Made by a program: the position numbers and the translations under genes
Notes under the pieces: model-generated
What the model saw: the letters and a program-made list of their open reading frames with translations, nothing else
What the model was told of the DNA's origin: nothing
Databases searched by the model: none
Assembly: GCA_012295275.1 (NCBI GenBank)
Contig: CM022671.1
Span: 13,826,001 to 13,890,000, forward strand
Origin: Chrysomallon squamiferum
Taxonomy: Eukaryota; Animalia; Mollusca
Reading direction: 5' to 3'
DNA length: 64,000 nt
Part shown: one piece after another, positions 26,455 to 40,573 of the stretch
Layout: every line of letters starts with the position of its first letter
How positions within the stretch are numbered: position 1 is the first letter of the stretch

Positions 26455-29400
26455 AAACTTTATTGCCTGAGGAAAATAAGGGATGGGACCTTAAGAAATA
26501 TATTATGTATGCATATTTATAGACTTAGGCACTCTCTTCGACAGTTATTATACAAACATATGTAACGCGACTCACCCATACAAATAAAACGTATTTCATA
26601 AAGGTTAAAAGAGACATTTGACAGTAATAAGTAATAATGTAATCATATCGATATAAGCAAAGATAAGATAGACAATTACAGATTTTAGATAATTCTCAAA
26701 TTATATATTATTATATAACTGTCAAACATAAAATGCACATTATCATTACTGTATTTTTATATAAATAATTAAAATTAACTCGCATATCATATATGTTTAT
26801 AATACACTGACAGAAATACAAACCAAATACCAGTACACTTCAATTTATTAGTAAATAAATAAATATATAATCATTATTTGTTTCTTCAAAATTATTTCCA
26901 TTGTAATTCCCAGTTTTCCATCGCACACCCCAATCCATAAATAGCAAGCAGATATTAACTCGGCTGAAAAGGTAGCCTGACATACAGATTTGTGCAAGCT
27001 GTGATTTGAACTAATTGTGTCTTGACAACCGAGGTTGCTGGTAATGACAGACCGGAAGAGATGGCGCTTGTAGCCGGAAACAGTTTGCGAACAGCTGAAC
27101 AAAATGGTGGAACCAATTTCCTCACAAAGCGCAAGGACGAATCATCGATTTGTTTACACTGCGGAAATTACGACTTTAACTAACACAGAAAACAGTACAT
27201 ATCGCGTCCTTGTCCGAAAGCACAGTCAGTGAATAGAGGCAATTTTCTCCTGCAGAGACCAATGAATAACATTTACTTCAAGTAATGATAAAATCATGTA
27301 ATGATTTGTTAGCGGAACGCATTGTAAATATTTTCTTTTTTAAAAACACCATTTCTTTCATCTTCCTTTAGTTCTTCTTCATTTTTCTCTGACAGAATGA
27401 AGGAAAAATATTCCGCGATCGAATGTGTTTTTAAATTTTGGCATGCTTCCATTTGAAATGTGTTCAAGCATTTCTTTTGTGAGCAAACCTTACTTTGACC
27501 GAAAATTTTCTTTCAGATTATGAGATACTACTTATGTAGTAGGCGTATGTGTATTTTATTGTGTGCATTGCAGCCTTACTAATTCCAAAACTTTTCAGCT
27601 TTGGTTTCAAATTGATATATTAAGCTTATTTATAAAGATTTATCATGATGATGATGATGATGATAATAAAACAACAACAACAACTTAGCGCAAATCCGAA
27701 ATACGTTTTAATGAAATGTTTTTGTTGTTATTTACTTCTTTAACATTTACATGGCTAGCTAGTTTGTTATTTAGATGAGTGTGTGCTTTTCTTTATTTCT
27801 TTACTGATTCTTCTTAATCATAATGTTCTTTTAGATTTTGTTCTAAATGCTTTTATCTGATAATCTTCGTCTCATTTTTAGTTAAAGCGCAGTCATCCGC
27901 AACGAATAATAATTACATTTTGTTGTCAACTGAAAATCGAATAATTATTGTTGTCATGACTTCTGACTGGCTTGATATTTTTTGCCTTTGCTATTGATCA
28001 AGAGTCAAAATTAGTCACTATTTTTTTTATATATATTTTTTTTTCGAAACTTTGACGTGCTTTTCGATGTCGTTGTCTGGGTTCTTCTAGCGTAACCGAA
28101 ATTTATTTCCACTTCCGGTTATTATCGGTAGTTAATGATTTCCTTAATTATCACGCATCCTTTCTCTATTGATTGACGACAGTATCGGCAGTGTGTTAAC
28201 TAAACTCTATTTCAGGTTCTTAACAGTAATCTGGCTTTAGCCGGTTTCACTGGCCTGGACGTATTGTTGTTATCAGACGTCTTCAAAAGTTTCATCAAAA
28301 TTTTAGTGTGTATGTAATGAATGCTGGCGTTCTATTGTAAGGTAAAAAAAAAAGAGACAACAGTAAGCTTATTTTATATAGCGACAAAAGAAAATGGATA
28401 TTGAAATCCACAATCCAGTTGATCATTCCTAGAATCGATAGCTCGCTTCCGGTTCCTGTTATCCCGACATGTCTGTGCATGTGTTCGTGAGGAGTTATTC
28501 GATAAACTTGGTCTCATTTCTTTCTGATGTTCGTGTACAATCGATGAGATAAAACAAAACTGAAATATGTCCCACTTTGTCTGAGACGTTTTGTGTTTAC
28601 ATTAGTCATTAAAAGTGAAACAACTGAGTTGGTAAATAACAAAATGCTGATACTAATTTAAAATTCTGATCCTCGTCTGAAACTGCGCAGTTTGGCCGAA
28701 TATGACAAGATAAAAAAGACTGAAAGGAGCACTAATATCAAATTTAAATTTAATTATATTCTTTTATACAAGAAAAAATCAAAAATAAATAAATAAATAA
28801 ATAATAATAGTAATAAATATAATGTCTATGATAATTTAATAATGTAACTGTAAACTGGTTCGTGCTGTTACGTTCTGCTGAAATGAATTTAGTCATTATG
28901 TTTTCTTTCTTTCAAGTAGCATTAAATTTGAATATTTGTAAAATCTGCATTTGTTTGGGTGTACAAATGGATAATTTCATAACGTTTTCAAAATGCTCAT
29001 ATCCAAATCTGGATATCGTTAAACTCATAAATTTATGGTCTGACTCATTTAAACATTTTAACGGCGTTATATTTAAAAAAAAAAAAAAACATGAATAAAT
29101 AAATGAATAATGAAAACACGAACACAACTACATACTAATAGTTTTTTTTTGTATATCGATGAGCACTCACTCAGGTATTTTGTGCTGTTGTTTTATTTTG
29201 TTTTTTTATTGTTTTTTTTCTTTTTTTTTTTTTTTTTTTTTTTTATTTTTAAGGAAAAGAGAAAGAAAGATAATAAATAAGCAATAGATGAACACAAGGG
29301 AATGGGTGAAGAAAAAGAAAAAAGGTAAGTAAGGCTATTAATATAACAGCTTAACCATCTATAATCATAAGAACATAGTGTCATCCATATTTATAAAAAT

Positions 29401-32400
29401 TAGCATTCGTTTTATATCACTGGCCACCTACTGGCATAATTATACGTTTTTCTAAAGTACGTTTACAGAAGCCAGAAAACTAATATCCGCTTAATATCGG
29501 AAACAATTATACTTTTAATAATCTACTGAGGGGAACAATGAATTTTTATTTATTAGAAGCTATCTGAATGAACATGTAATACTGGCAGTGGGCCAGGTAA
29601 ATTGGCAGGTGAGTAGAATAATGATGGTTTTCTTTGTATGAATACGTATTTTATTTTAGACATGCGGTACCAGAAATAATCAAGGTGGAAAATAAAAGAG
29701 TGAATAGATCGCTGATAGTTGTCACCACAGTATATCGATCACATGGATTTGTAATAGGTTCTACCTACGATATTAAGTTTTCAGTTCTTCCTATTGTGTT
29801 ATTAATAGTTTATTTCATACTATTGAAATAGCTAAATATAAAGTGTGATATGTAAGTTAAGCTATGCTATACTTATTATACATCTATATTAAGAGATTTA
29901 AACATTATTCACAAAAGAAAACCCTGCAGAAATAGATTGATACAGCACTAACCTCGCCCCAGTGGCAGAATGGCTGTTTGACAAGATGATGATGATAGAT
30001 TCTTTACATTATTACAATTATTTTTGAAGTTTTTCTGATCGCGAATAGTAAGCAAATATGTCAACATAAAAATAATGAAATGTTCAAGTGAACGAATACA
30101 TGAATATTTCTTTACCACATTTTACTATTAAGTGATATGAGGTTTTAAATGGAGCGGGTTATTATGTGATAATTATATGACAGATGAATTCGCGGATTCT
30201 TCTAATCATCAGTACCATGGGATATTTTACACAGACTTTCTCCAGAATACGTATACAGTAATCTGTGATGGCGCACTGACTTTAATAGCAGATAAATAAA
30301 AACTGCACCGTCGTGAACTAATTTAGCGATCGACCACTCTCTAATCTCTAAATATCAGTCCGGACCTAAAACCTAAATTTGAAAACAAATTATAATTTAG
30401 AATATAAAAGAAGGAGAAGGTGGACGTATGATTCAAAGGGTTTCATGTTTTGTGATAACAAACATCCGAAACATTAAACTTAAATATTAACGTTTTTATT
30501 TGCTTTCCTGTATGGAAGAGTATATTTAGTGGTATTCATAAGCACATGTAGGAGTGGCTCTGAATTAAACGAGATTACAATACAATGTAAGAAACGACAA
30601 CGAATGAGTTTGTCATTGGAATGTCTTATTAAACGAACTGTAACAGTATGTTGTTTATGCATTTGTATTGTAAAATGTCGGCTTGTATAAAAGATGGTTC
30701 CTGACGTGTTCTAAATCATCATCATCATCATCACCATCAACATATTAATTTTTTTTAAACCCAACCCAATCCAAACCGACCCAATGCGGAATACAGAAGG
30801 ATGGACGCTACATGTAAATGTTTCATCGATGAACTATCATAACTTGACAGTTAACTAGATATTTTTATGAGTGTGCTACATTTGTATTTATGTGTGAAAA
30901 CCAGTCCATATAAACGCATCTTCTTCTTCTGAGTCATTACTATATGAGGATCATCATCATTGTTGTTATTATTGCTGGTGTTGTTGTTACCCAGTAAGCA
31001 ATACTCATAATATAATTTCGAAGTAACAATTGTTGTTTTTATGTTTTGGTTTTGTTTAATGACTGTTTAATAGTTTTTTAATGTGTTTGATTATTTTGTT
31101 TCCTCTCAATATCGCTTAAAATAAATGTTAACTGCACCACCTATCAAGGAGAAAGAATATACAAACAAGTTTTTATATTTCTGAATTAAGTTTAGTCTGA
31201 TACAATCGCTAGATGGTGTAGTGCAGAATACTATTAACTAGATTAAATGCTTTTAACAAAAGTAAATGTAAATATATCCGCTATCGCTTACACAGCACTG
31301 TCAGTAGACTGATATCATGTTACTGCGTATGCCGTTAGTTCTTACTTGTGTATTCATGTTTTGATTTTTGAAAGCAGACAATGGTGCTTTTTATAGATTC
31401 CTAACAATAAAATTATAATACAAGCTTACTTCTGAGACAGCACACACAGTGTGTGATTTCATGGTCAGCTCGACAGGAAAGGTTCATGTTTGTGTTTATG
31501 AAATACACAGCTAGAGTTTCTCTGCAAATGTTTGATTTGACATCTCAGATTTCAGACTTTTGTTGTCAGAAAAAAGTCTTGTTTATAACAAACTACAATG
31601 CACTGTTGATTTGAACAGAATCAGTCTGGCAGCAGCTAATGACTGCGACCAAGCATCCTGTTAAAACTAACCTAAAGTTTGTTTTGCTTTTGATACAAGT
31701 AAATATGACATTATTTGTTACTATCACTGATCTTATACTTATTATCTAAGATTGCTTATCAAAGCAATGAAAAATATCGGAGATTTGTATTGTTAATAAT
31801 CTGAAATAATTTTAAAATTTAACCTGTAAGTCATTTAACCAAACACAAATGCTCTGCAGCTCTTGAAGTCAGTTTGGATTACTTCAAAATGCTAAGTGTA
31901 CGGTCAACGAAATAAGTGCTCATTATGTTTGACTGAATTTGTGATTACAGTCATGAAGTTTACTCGAAACGAACTAATGAACTATGGAATGATGGAAAAC
32001 AAAATAAATGAAAATAATGAAATGAAATAAAATATAAATTATGACGTTTTCATATATATATATTTTTTTTACATAAATGTAATTACAAAGAAAACTGACA
32101 TGAAATTAGTTCAAAATGACACACTGATAATACCAATAATACCATCTAATAACCGATTGTATTTCACCTTTTCATGCCACTCTGCCTGGGTGATTTCCCA
32201 ATACAATTCAAGCTAATTAGATAAGTATGTTTTCAAATAGTTACTGTAATCCGCCGGCCTCGCTAATGACCTTTCATTCGATTTACCGGACTGTTTGATG
32301 CTGTCTGTGTACAAACAATACTTAATCGCAGAAAGTGAAAGCTCACTTTTGTAACTAGTTTTTATACTGATCAACAGTCACTTAGGATAATCGCTTTGCT

Positions 32401-32714
32401 GATTACCAAGGGAATTTGTTGAAAACTAAAATAAAAATGTTATTAATAGCTTCAGGAAATTATTCTCCCCCTCCTAAGTGTTTCTGAAAACTTAAACGAA
32501 AATAGCAAATTAATGTTATTCATAGTTAATGGAAATGAATTTGGTTGGTATTATTGGTTCAAATGCTGACTACAAGAAAAATCTTTTTTACTTATTAAAA
32601 AATGATTTTAACAAACATGGACTGTAGTTTCCCGACCTTCCCTTGTTGCAAGCAGTTGTGAAGAAATCAAAGCTTCTAGCAATGACTGAATGTTCAACAA
32701 CACGCGCAGTGACG

Positions 32715-33055
32715 AGGCTGATGTGCATCCCAACCGGGCGCGTGCGACGCGAGCGACGCGAGCAGTTTTCTTTAGAAACCATTGATTTCAGTTGCAGCAT
32801 CCTGACTGCAGCGACAAAATACCGATAGCAACTGTTTCTATTGTTTTGTCGCGATACACGAGCGTCTAAAATATATTAATCAAACACAAACAAGATTGTT
32901 TCCCCAGTACATGAAAATGGAAGATGAACAACTCATTCATCTTGTTCAGATGTTTCCAGTACTTTGCAATTATTCTTTCTGAACGTACAAAGATAACAAC
33001 AGAAAAGAAAATGCCTGGAAAAATAGCGGAAAAACCCTGGGTTTACCTAGTAAGT
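32715..33055 (+). mobile_element. PIF/Harbinger transposon relic with a degenerate MADF (Myb/SANT-like) coding exon
   Basis: 32917-33049 translates MEDEQLIHLVQMFPVLCNYSF*TYKDNNRKENAWK..(IAE in a shifted frame)..LGLP. This fits the MADF pattern LI..V...P.LW......YKD...K..AW..IA..LG with an in-frame TGA (32980) and ends at a GTAAGT donor (33050). The upstream CpG-rich segment has repeated GCGAC/GTCGC sub-terminal motifs. Confidence 0.7.
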
Positions 33056-36000
33056 AATGTGTGTGTTTTATTAATAACGTGCATGTATAAGCTTCTTGGA
33101 AGGTCCGGTCTTACCGGGGGGGGGAGGTAGCTTTGCACTAAGATGACAGAACATTTTAATACATATCCTGATAGGTTTAACTTGTCTTCAGTTAGGATAC
33201 AGCTTTACTGATAATATCTAATTAACTTTAATAATACTTGGTTGTAATATAATATAAATAAGTAGCGGTGAAGTAAAGGATGAATGAAAATAACATACTT
33301 TTATGTTTTCTTCCTGGAAAGGCTATCTTTTGAGAAGTTTTAAATAATCACGATGATGATAATGATGATGATGACGAGATTATTAACAATGTTAAAAGTG
33401 ACAATTATCTCATTGCGACAAGTTTTATTACGTCCCTGTCATTTGTGGAATGATTCTGTTTTTTATTATTATTTATGACATTTGTAAAAATGATCAGTGA
33501 AATAAAACAGTTATTTGTTACTTCTTCGGACAGTATCAATATATAATTATTTGTATTTTTAAATTTTATCGCTTTCTTCACGACTGTTAATACTATTGTT
33601 GTTAGGAATTTGGAACTAAATTCCCAAATATTTGATCAGTCCGTTTTGAAACGAATACATATGTAGACATTTTGATTAGATGTGAGAAAGCACAAAAATA
33701 AATAAATAAACAAATGTTAAAACTAAAATTAATGATGACAACAACAACAAAAAACATAATAATAATAATAATAATAATAATACTTTTTTTATAACGAAGA
33801 TTTTAATTTATGGGAAATCTTTAAACTATTTAAGTTCAGTTTTCTTAAATTTGTTGTTATTATTATTATTATTATTTGCTTGCTTGTTTGTGAATATATA
33901 TATTTCTCGTCGCTTTGTTTTACTTATGCTATTGTTCTCAGATTTTAAACTGGAAAAATTCAAATAATTGTCAGTTATAATACTAACTGAAGAACTTAAC
34001 TAGCAGGAAAAAGAAAGAAACATTTAGAAATGAAAGAAAGAAAGAAATATAAAAAACCAAAACAAAAAAAACAAAAAAACCCCAACAACAACGAATTTTT
34101 GTAAATGTAACAAAAAAAGAAAGAAAAAGAAAGAAAATATTTATCAAATTGCTAAACGCCAAAATTACTTTATAGCCAAAATCATTTATGTAAAAAATAG
34201 ACTTATAAACTAACTCATTATTAACAGACAATTTAACTTCATGTGAATCCAGAATGAAGTATTCAATATGTTGGACAAATTATGCAAGTCAATTAAGAAA
34301 TCGATAGTTATGCCACGCGCTTTCCAACTTGTTTCATGGCTTTCTGCATCTGCCTGTCGTCGCTTTCATGGCCAGCCTCAATGGGATAATCAAATCTTTT
34401 GTGAGGACTAATCGCTTCCCGATGATTGCTTCTTGTATCAATATGAATACTTTCACAGTCAATAGGCTCGGTCCGCTTTATGAAATGGAGCTGGCGGTGA
34501 CTACAAGATATTTCCATTTTGGTTACTTCTGAAAAGCGGCTGGTAATTGCAGAAATATCAAGTGATTCTTGTGGGAACATTCAGCAAACATATGATGGTC
34601 GACCATATCTTGTTTAAGCATAATAAGTCTATTTCGCCAAATGCTATTCCTAAATGATGCAAAGCATAGAGTGAGGTCGGTTAATATCTGTCGTATTTAA
34701 TGTCGGTGATTGAAAAGGACGTGTTGATAAAACCGACCCATTACGACTGAAAGCGACGTTGAAATTCGCTGCACGTCAAAAGCAAACACACGTAATACTT
34801 GTCTAAATGCCATTAAACCAATTACAAATAGTCGTGACTTTTAAAAAAAATATATACATTTTCTGACTGTAATGAAAAGTTATTGATTGATATTAGTTCA
34901 GTCTTGACCAGTCTCGATTAGAAATATGTATGTACTTTATGGGAACTGTCCATGATGCACACACGTGCACTATATCAAACATTCTCTATACGGGTCACAT
35001 ACAGTCGTTTTACATATATATAAACATAAACACTGCTCTACATGAAAATTGCTGTATTGAAAAGGATGTGATTAACTAATAGGCATGCACACACATACAT
35101 ATATTCATAAATACATACTTACGCACGAACACTTACATACATACATACGCACATACATATACACACACATATACAAACACACACACACACACATACATTT
35201 CACAGAATGAGATACAAGAGATACAATAAGTAATATGTTCTCATAAACGATCATAAACATTTTATAAAAATATAGTTAACGGATGTATATTTACACACAC
35301 ATATATATATATACACAACATATGTTCATAACAATTTTATATATACAAATAATAGATAATTATGCCTGTCACACAACACCATAATGGGAACTTTTGATAT
35401 ATGCAAACTTATTCATACACACAAATAAATGCAGTGAATATAAACAGGACAAACATATATATTGTTACATTTTTTTCTAACGGGAATCTATTTTAATGTC
35501 AACCTTCCATACAAAGTACTCAGGAATCTCAGTATAAATCTATCTAGAATACACACATTGTTATATCCTTGAATGAATACCATGCGTAAAGTCGTGAAAA
35601 ACATACTCTAAACTTTTGGATTACCATGATTATCTGCTTTTACATTGTTATTTACACATTTTTGTAACTTACACAATGAGCATAAATAAAAAAAATAAAA
35701 AAATAAACAAATAAATAAATAAATATATATATATATATATACATGTACGTATGTATGTATGTATATATGTTTGATTATATGTATTTTTATGTGTAAATGT
35801 GCATACATTTATGTAATATACGTATTTTATTCGTAATTGTGGATATCATTATGTACGCGTCTGTGGTTGGACGACTGTCAGTTTCTATTATAGAAACCTA
35901 CCCTTGAGAATTTTTGCTGGTTTTGTTACTGCTATACAGGTGTGCTGTGATTGAAACCATCTCTATCGACTGAGTTATTGTCAGCCTATTGAACTAAATA

Positions 36001-36129
36001 ATTACTTGCAGATTGCTCCATCAAACGAACAAAGGTTTATGAGTTATTCATAATATATATTTATTGCAGTCTCAATCTGTTTTTCAAATTATATTAATTC
36101 TTATTAATGTGAGTGTTTCAGTGTGTGTG

Positions 36130-36132
<3 letters not shown>

Positions 36133-36217
<85 letters not shown>
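36133..36217. repeat. (GA)n microsatellite
   Basis: Pure GA run. Confidence 0.95.
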
Positions 36218-36220
<3 letters not shown>

Positions 36221-36316
36221 ATGTGAATAAATGTTGATTTTTTTAGCTGGATACGAACGAACGTACATCTTTAAAAACGTGTATGTGTGCGTTTGTATAT
36301 TTATATACATGCATTT

Positions 36317-36361
<45 letters not shown>

Positions 36362-39300
36362 GTATAAGTATTTGTTTGTATATGGGTATGGGTATGTGTA
36401 TGCGTGTTTTTGTGTGTATGTACGTATTGTTACATGCCTTTGTATGAATGAGATTGTATTTATATCATACTTATTATTATTATTATCTTTATGCTAATAT
36501 TCCGGGAATAAAATACAATTATCTATCCTTTCTTTAGTTCATTTTAGGCAAAGAACTAATTGCGGAAATTTCGAATAAACGGTAATCGGTTCCAACGTGT
36601 AGTTTTTGATATTGCGATAAATATAAACATTATTCAGCCGTGCCCATACATAAACTAAATTAATACTGCGCTGATTTGCCATGCTTCATAACGTCTATTC
36701 ACATCCCAGATAAAGTTCCACTGCGTCACTGGAAAGTTAAGCAAGCAAAATAAAGAGCTTTCTGAGATAAAAAGATATTGTTATTTAAGTTATATAATAA
36801 TAAAACAATCCTAGATAATTATTATTATTATTATTACTATGACCAATTTGTCTTAGCAGGAGCAGCAGAATAAATAATATTAGTGGTTGTAATAATGAGA
36901 TATATATCAAAAAAAAAAAATTAAAAAAAAAAAAATTTTTTTTTTTTTTTTTTTATAATAGTAGTATATTTACACAGTATTCATTAGAGTCTAAAGTCAC
37001 GGTTTAGAAGTCAATGTTCGTGATCTATTTTGAAAGTTATTTTTAGTATATTTTTATTAATATCACAACACGTTATTTAATAATTTAACTTACAATAAAC
37101 AAGTTTTTTTTAAATTGTTTTTAATTACATTTGTTTGGGTTTTTGTACTGCTGACATAAAACCAATTGCCTACACAATATATTGAATTAAAAGATAATAA
37201 ATGCGGTATATTTCAAAATAACAGTTTATCTGTTCGGCTATTGATTACTGAATGAGTACAATTAATTTATTTCAGTTGTTTCAGTTGTATGTATGTGTGG
37301 TTGTTTGTGTGTCTGTGTGTGTATCTATCTGTTTGTGTGTGTAAGTATGTATGTATGTATGTATGAATGTATGTATATATCTGTATATATTGGCACATAT
37401 GCATCATTATTTTAAATTAAACTGATATGAACAAATATATACACATATGTACATACATACACATACATAATTACATAAATACATATATGTTTAGTTAAAT
37501 AAAATAAAAAAATATTTTAAAATGTGAAGGACAGCATGAACCCTACACAGCTAACATTTGAAAGTCATAAAATCAAGACATAAAAACTTCAAAGGATGAC
37601 ATAAAACATTATTTAAGGCACTGACGGCAGTAAATGAAATATAACATAATTTATCTATGCATATCATTATTCATATTTATCTGGATTAAACACACATGGA
37701 ACAATAGAGACATATTAACTAAATAAAAGTTTTTAAAGTTACCTGCAAATAATGACAGAAAAGTGGTGAAAATCCATAAATTGTGTACGCTATTTACTGG
37801 AGTCATTCTTGAAGACGATCTTCGTAATTTCTGTATTCGTTTTTCTGCTGTCCTGACTGTAAACACGCAGCGACAGAACGTGTGTTGTGTATCCCGTCAA
37901 CACTTAGCGTTTGCAGACGATACGACTCAGACCACATACTACACTAATGCATGGTCATGATACTCCGTCACATGACACTTGAAGCGTAATCCGTTATAGG
38001 TACACAGTTCCTTAATATATTTTATGAATTAAACTACCCGACTGCTGGTTGATACCGCATTACAGTGCGGCCATAGAAAACTGTTATGATAACCAGTAGC
38101 TACCCTGTCATGGAGATTACCGTAACCAGTACCCAAAGAGTATTGATCGATCCGATAATCCATTCAGTGCTCAACAAATTAGGCTGGGCTTTTTAATGGG
38201 CAAAGAGCTTAGTAATTCGCTCGAAAGACTTTGTTCAAGGATTTTAATTAACCATCACACATTGTGGAGAATGGTAACCAAGAGAGGCGTTGCCAAACGT
38301 CATGTATATAGATAGATCTACAGGCTTTTTTAGATTTTTAAATTACATAAGCATTCAATAAGTACATGGTACATTCCATTTATCGTACAAAAAGAAAATA
38401 TAAAAAAAAGTTGAAAGAGTTATTTTTGTAACTAAGTGTTTATTTTTAATGATGAAAGTTATTTACTAATATTCAGAATTGTCTATTTTGACATTATGAA
38501 GTACGCTGAAAACAATTTTTAATCTAGAAGCTTAATTTTCATTTAATTATATTTTTAAATTGAGTATCAATAACAAGCTAATTATATGTATTTATGTAAT
38601 TATGTTTGTATATGTATATACGTATGTACATGTGGATGTATGTATTTTAATTCAAAATACTGATACATATGTTCGCTCACACACGTTTGTATGTTTGTAA
38701 TGTATATAAGTAGGTATGTATAATTCTCGATACAGACAATATACTTTCTTTAACTGATTCGATAAGAATTAATTTTACATGTTGTTATATCGACTAAAGA
38801 TTCAAGTATGCCTGTTGTGGCAGAGAGTACCATCACATGTCAAAAAGGGCGACTCTGATAAATAATTATCATTTCTGGCGTTTTGCTTAGTACTGTTATA
38901 TATATAAATTAATGTATATATATTTTACTATTGAAATTATACCTTTGTCTTTCGTAACTAAATACTAAATGACCCCTTTTTATTATTTAGGAAGAATGTT
39001 ATTATATAAATGTATTAGGCGAAACAGTCATAAAATGTCCGTTTTTGTCGTAAAACAGGTAAGATATAAGTATGCATAACACTATACTGTTAACTGTATA
39101 CTGACATATATATATATACTTGATCTCTTGTATAATTTTTAACAGCATTATTTATTTTATACTTTATAATTTATTTTTACTGTTGTTGTAGTGTCGTTGT
39201 AGTCGTCGCTGTTATTGTGTTCCTGTTATCTCTATTTTTATTATAATACTTTCCATTATTTAGTTCTTTTAAGATAATGCTAACGAGAAAAAAAAAAAAA

Positions 39301-40114
39301 TATCTTGACAAAACTTACTGAATAAAACTGTTACTGACTTTGCAGTGCAAATCTATTAACCGTGTATTTAATATAATGACTAATATTGTGAAGAACATTC
39401 AAGTATGTTCGAACTCTATTCTAGTGGCGAAAGCATTGTTGACAATTCAACGCGAACAAGTGCGCGCATGTTTTTAGAAGTTCCAACAATCGATACACAA
39501 TGGGCGTGCATCCTTTTCCAGTGTATTTGAAGATAAAAACGTGAAGGAAGGAAACGGGAAGTCGTTAGAAGAAGTTAACAGCTTTAAGTAAATCAAAACA
39601 TTATCACAGGGTTTTGTCATTATGGCTGAAACATGTCACCATAGCGACGCAAAAAAAGGCGTGGTGGTGGTCAGATGAATAAATATATAATATTCTTCAA
39701 CAAACATGAAGTAATAGCGGCCAGACATTAAGATATAAAAATTGTAATAATAGTTACAACGGCAACATCGTTACTGACGACAGTTAATCAAATTTTACTA
39801 TTTCTTGCTTCTGGGACAATGATTTTGTCTGGTTGTAGTAGAGACGTAATAGCTGTAGTAGTGGTCATTATCGTTGCTGTCTTAGTACCAGAATTAACAA
39901 TGGTACTAGAACTAATATCACAATGATTTTATTACGTCATTACAGTGTTTTAGTTTTTAGTTATTACTATTTTTTAATACATTTAGTTATTTATTATAAT
40001 TATGATCATCATCATTTCAGCTTTGTTTTTGTTGTTTTTTCTTTGTTTTTCGACAGTTTTTAAACGGGAAAAAATTACATTCTTAGTACTTCATTTATAT
40101 ATATATATACATGT

Positions 40115-40151
<37 letters not shown>

Positions 40152-40483
40152 CTAACAATTCTAACTTTCGATTTTTGAAAAAAAAAAAAATATATATTTA
40201 TATATATCTTTCGTTTCCTCCCACCATTAAAATGCACCACCAGGTAAATGCCTCCAGTGTCCAAAACATTTTCACTACAAATATTCACACATATACAAAC
40301 ATACAATAAATAACTTCGTACAGGACGATAAAGTGTCTGTGGTATTTCTCCCGAGGCATTAGATTACTTATCAGTGAATATTAATCGTAAGGAAAGCACG
40401 CTAACAAAAATAAATAAATAAAGAAAGGGGAAAAAGTAGAGAGGAAAAGAAAATATAAAAAACAACAGAAGAATATACTAATT

Positions 40484-40487
<4 letters not shown>

Positions 40488-40567
<80 letters not shown>
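40488..40567. repeat. (GA)n microsatellite
   Basis: Pure GA run. Confidence 0.95.

Positions 40568-40573
<6 letters not shown>

Noticed and set aside
26848-27102. 84-aa minus-strand ORF as the first exon of the CUB-LDLa gene
   Set aside because: It ends in a stop at 26848 with no in-phase donor and lacks an N-terminal signal peptide.
34308-34580. 90-aa minus-strand ORF (and overlapping 67-aa plus-strand ORF) in higher-GC sequence
   Set aside because: No recognisable motif, a stop immediately upstream, and no partner exons found. More likely regulatory or decayed repeat DNA, though a small gene cannot be excluded without RNA data.
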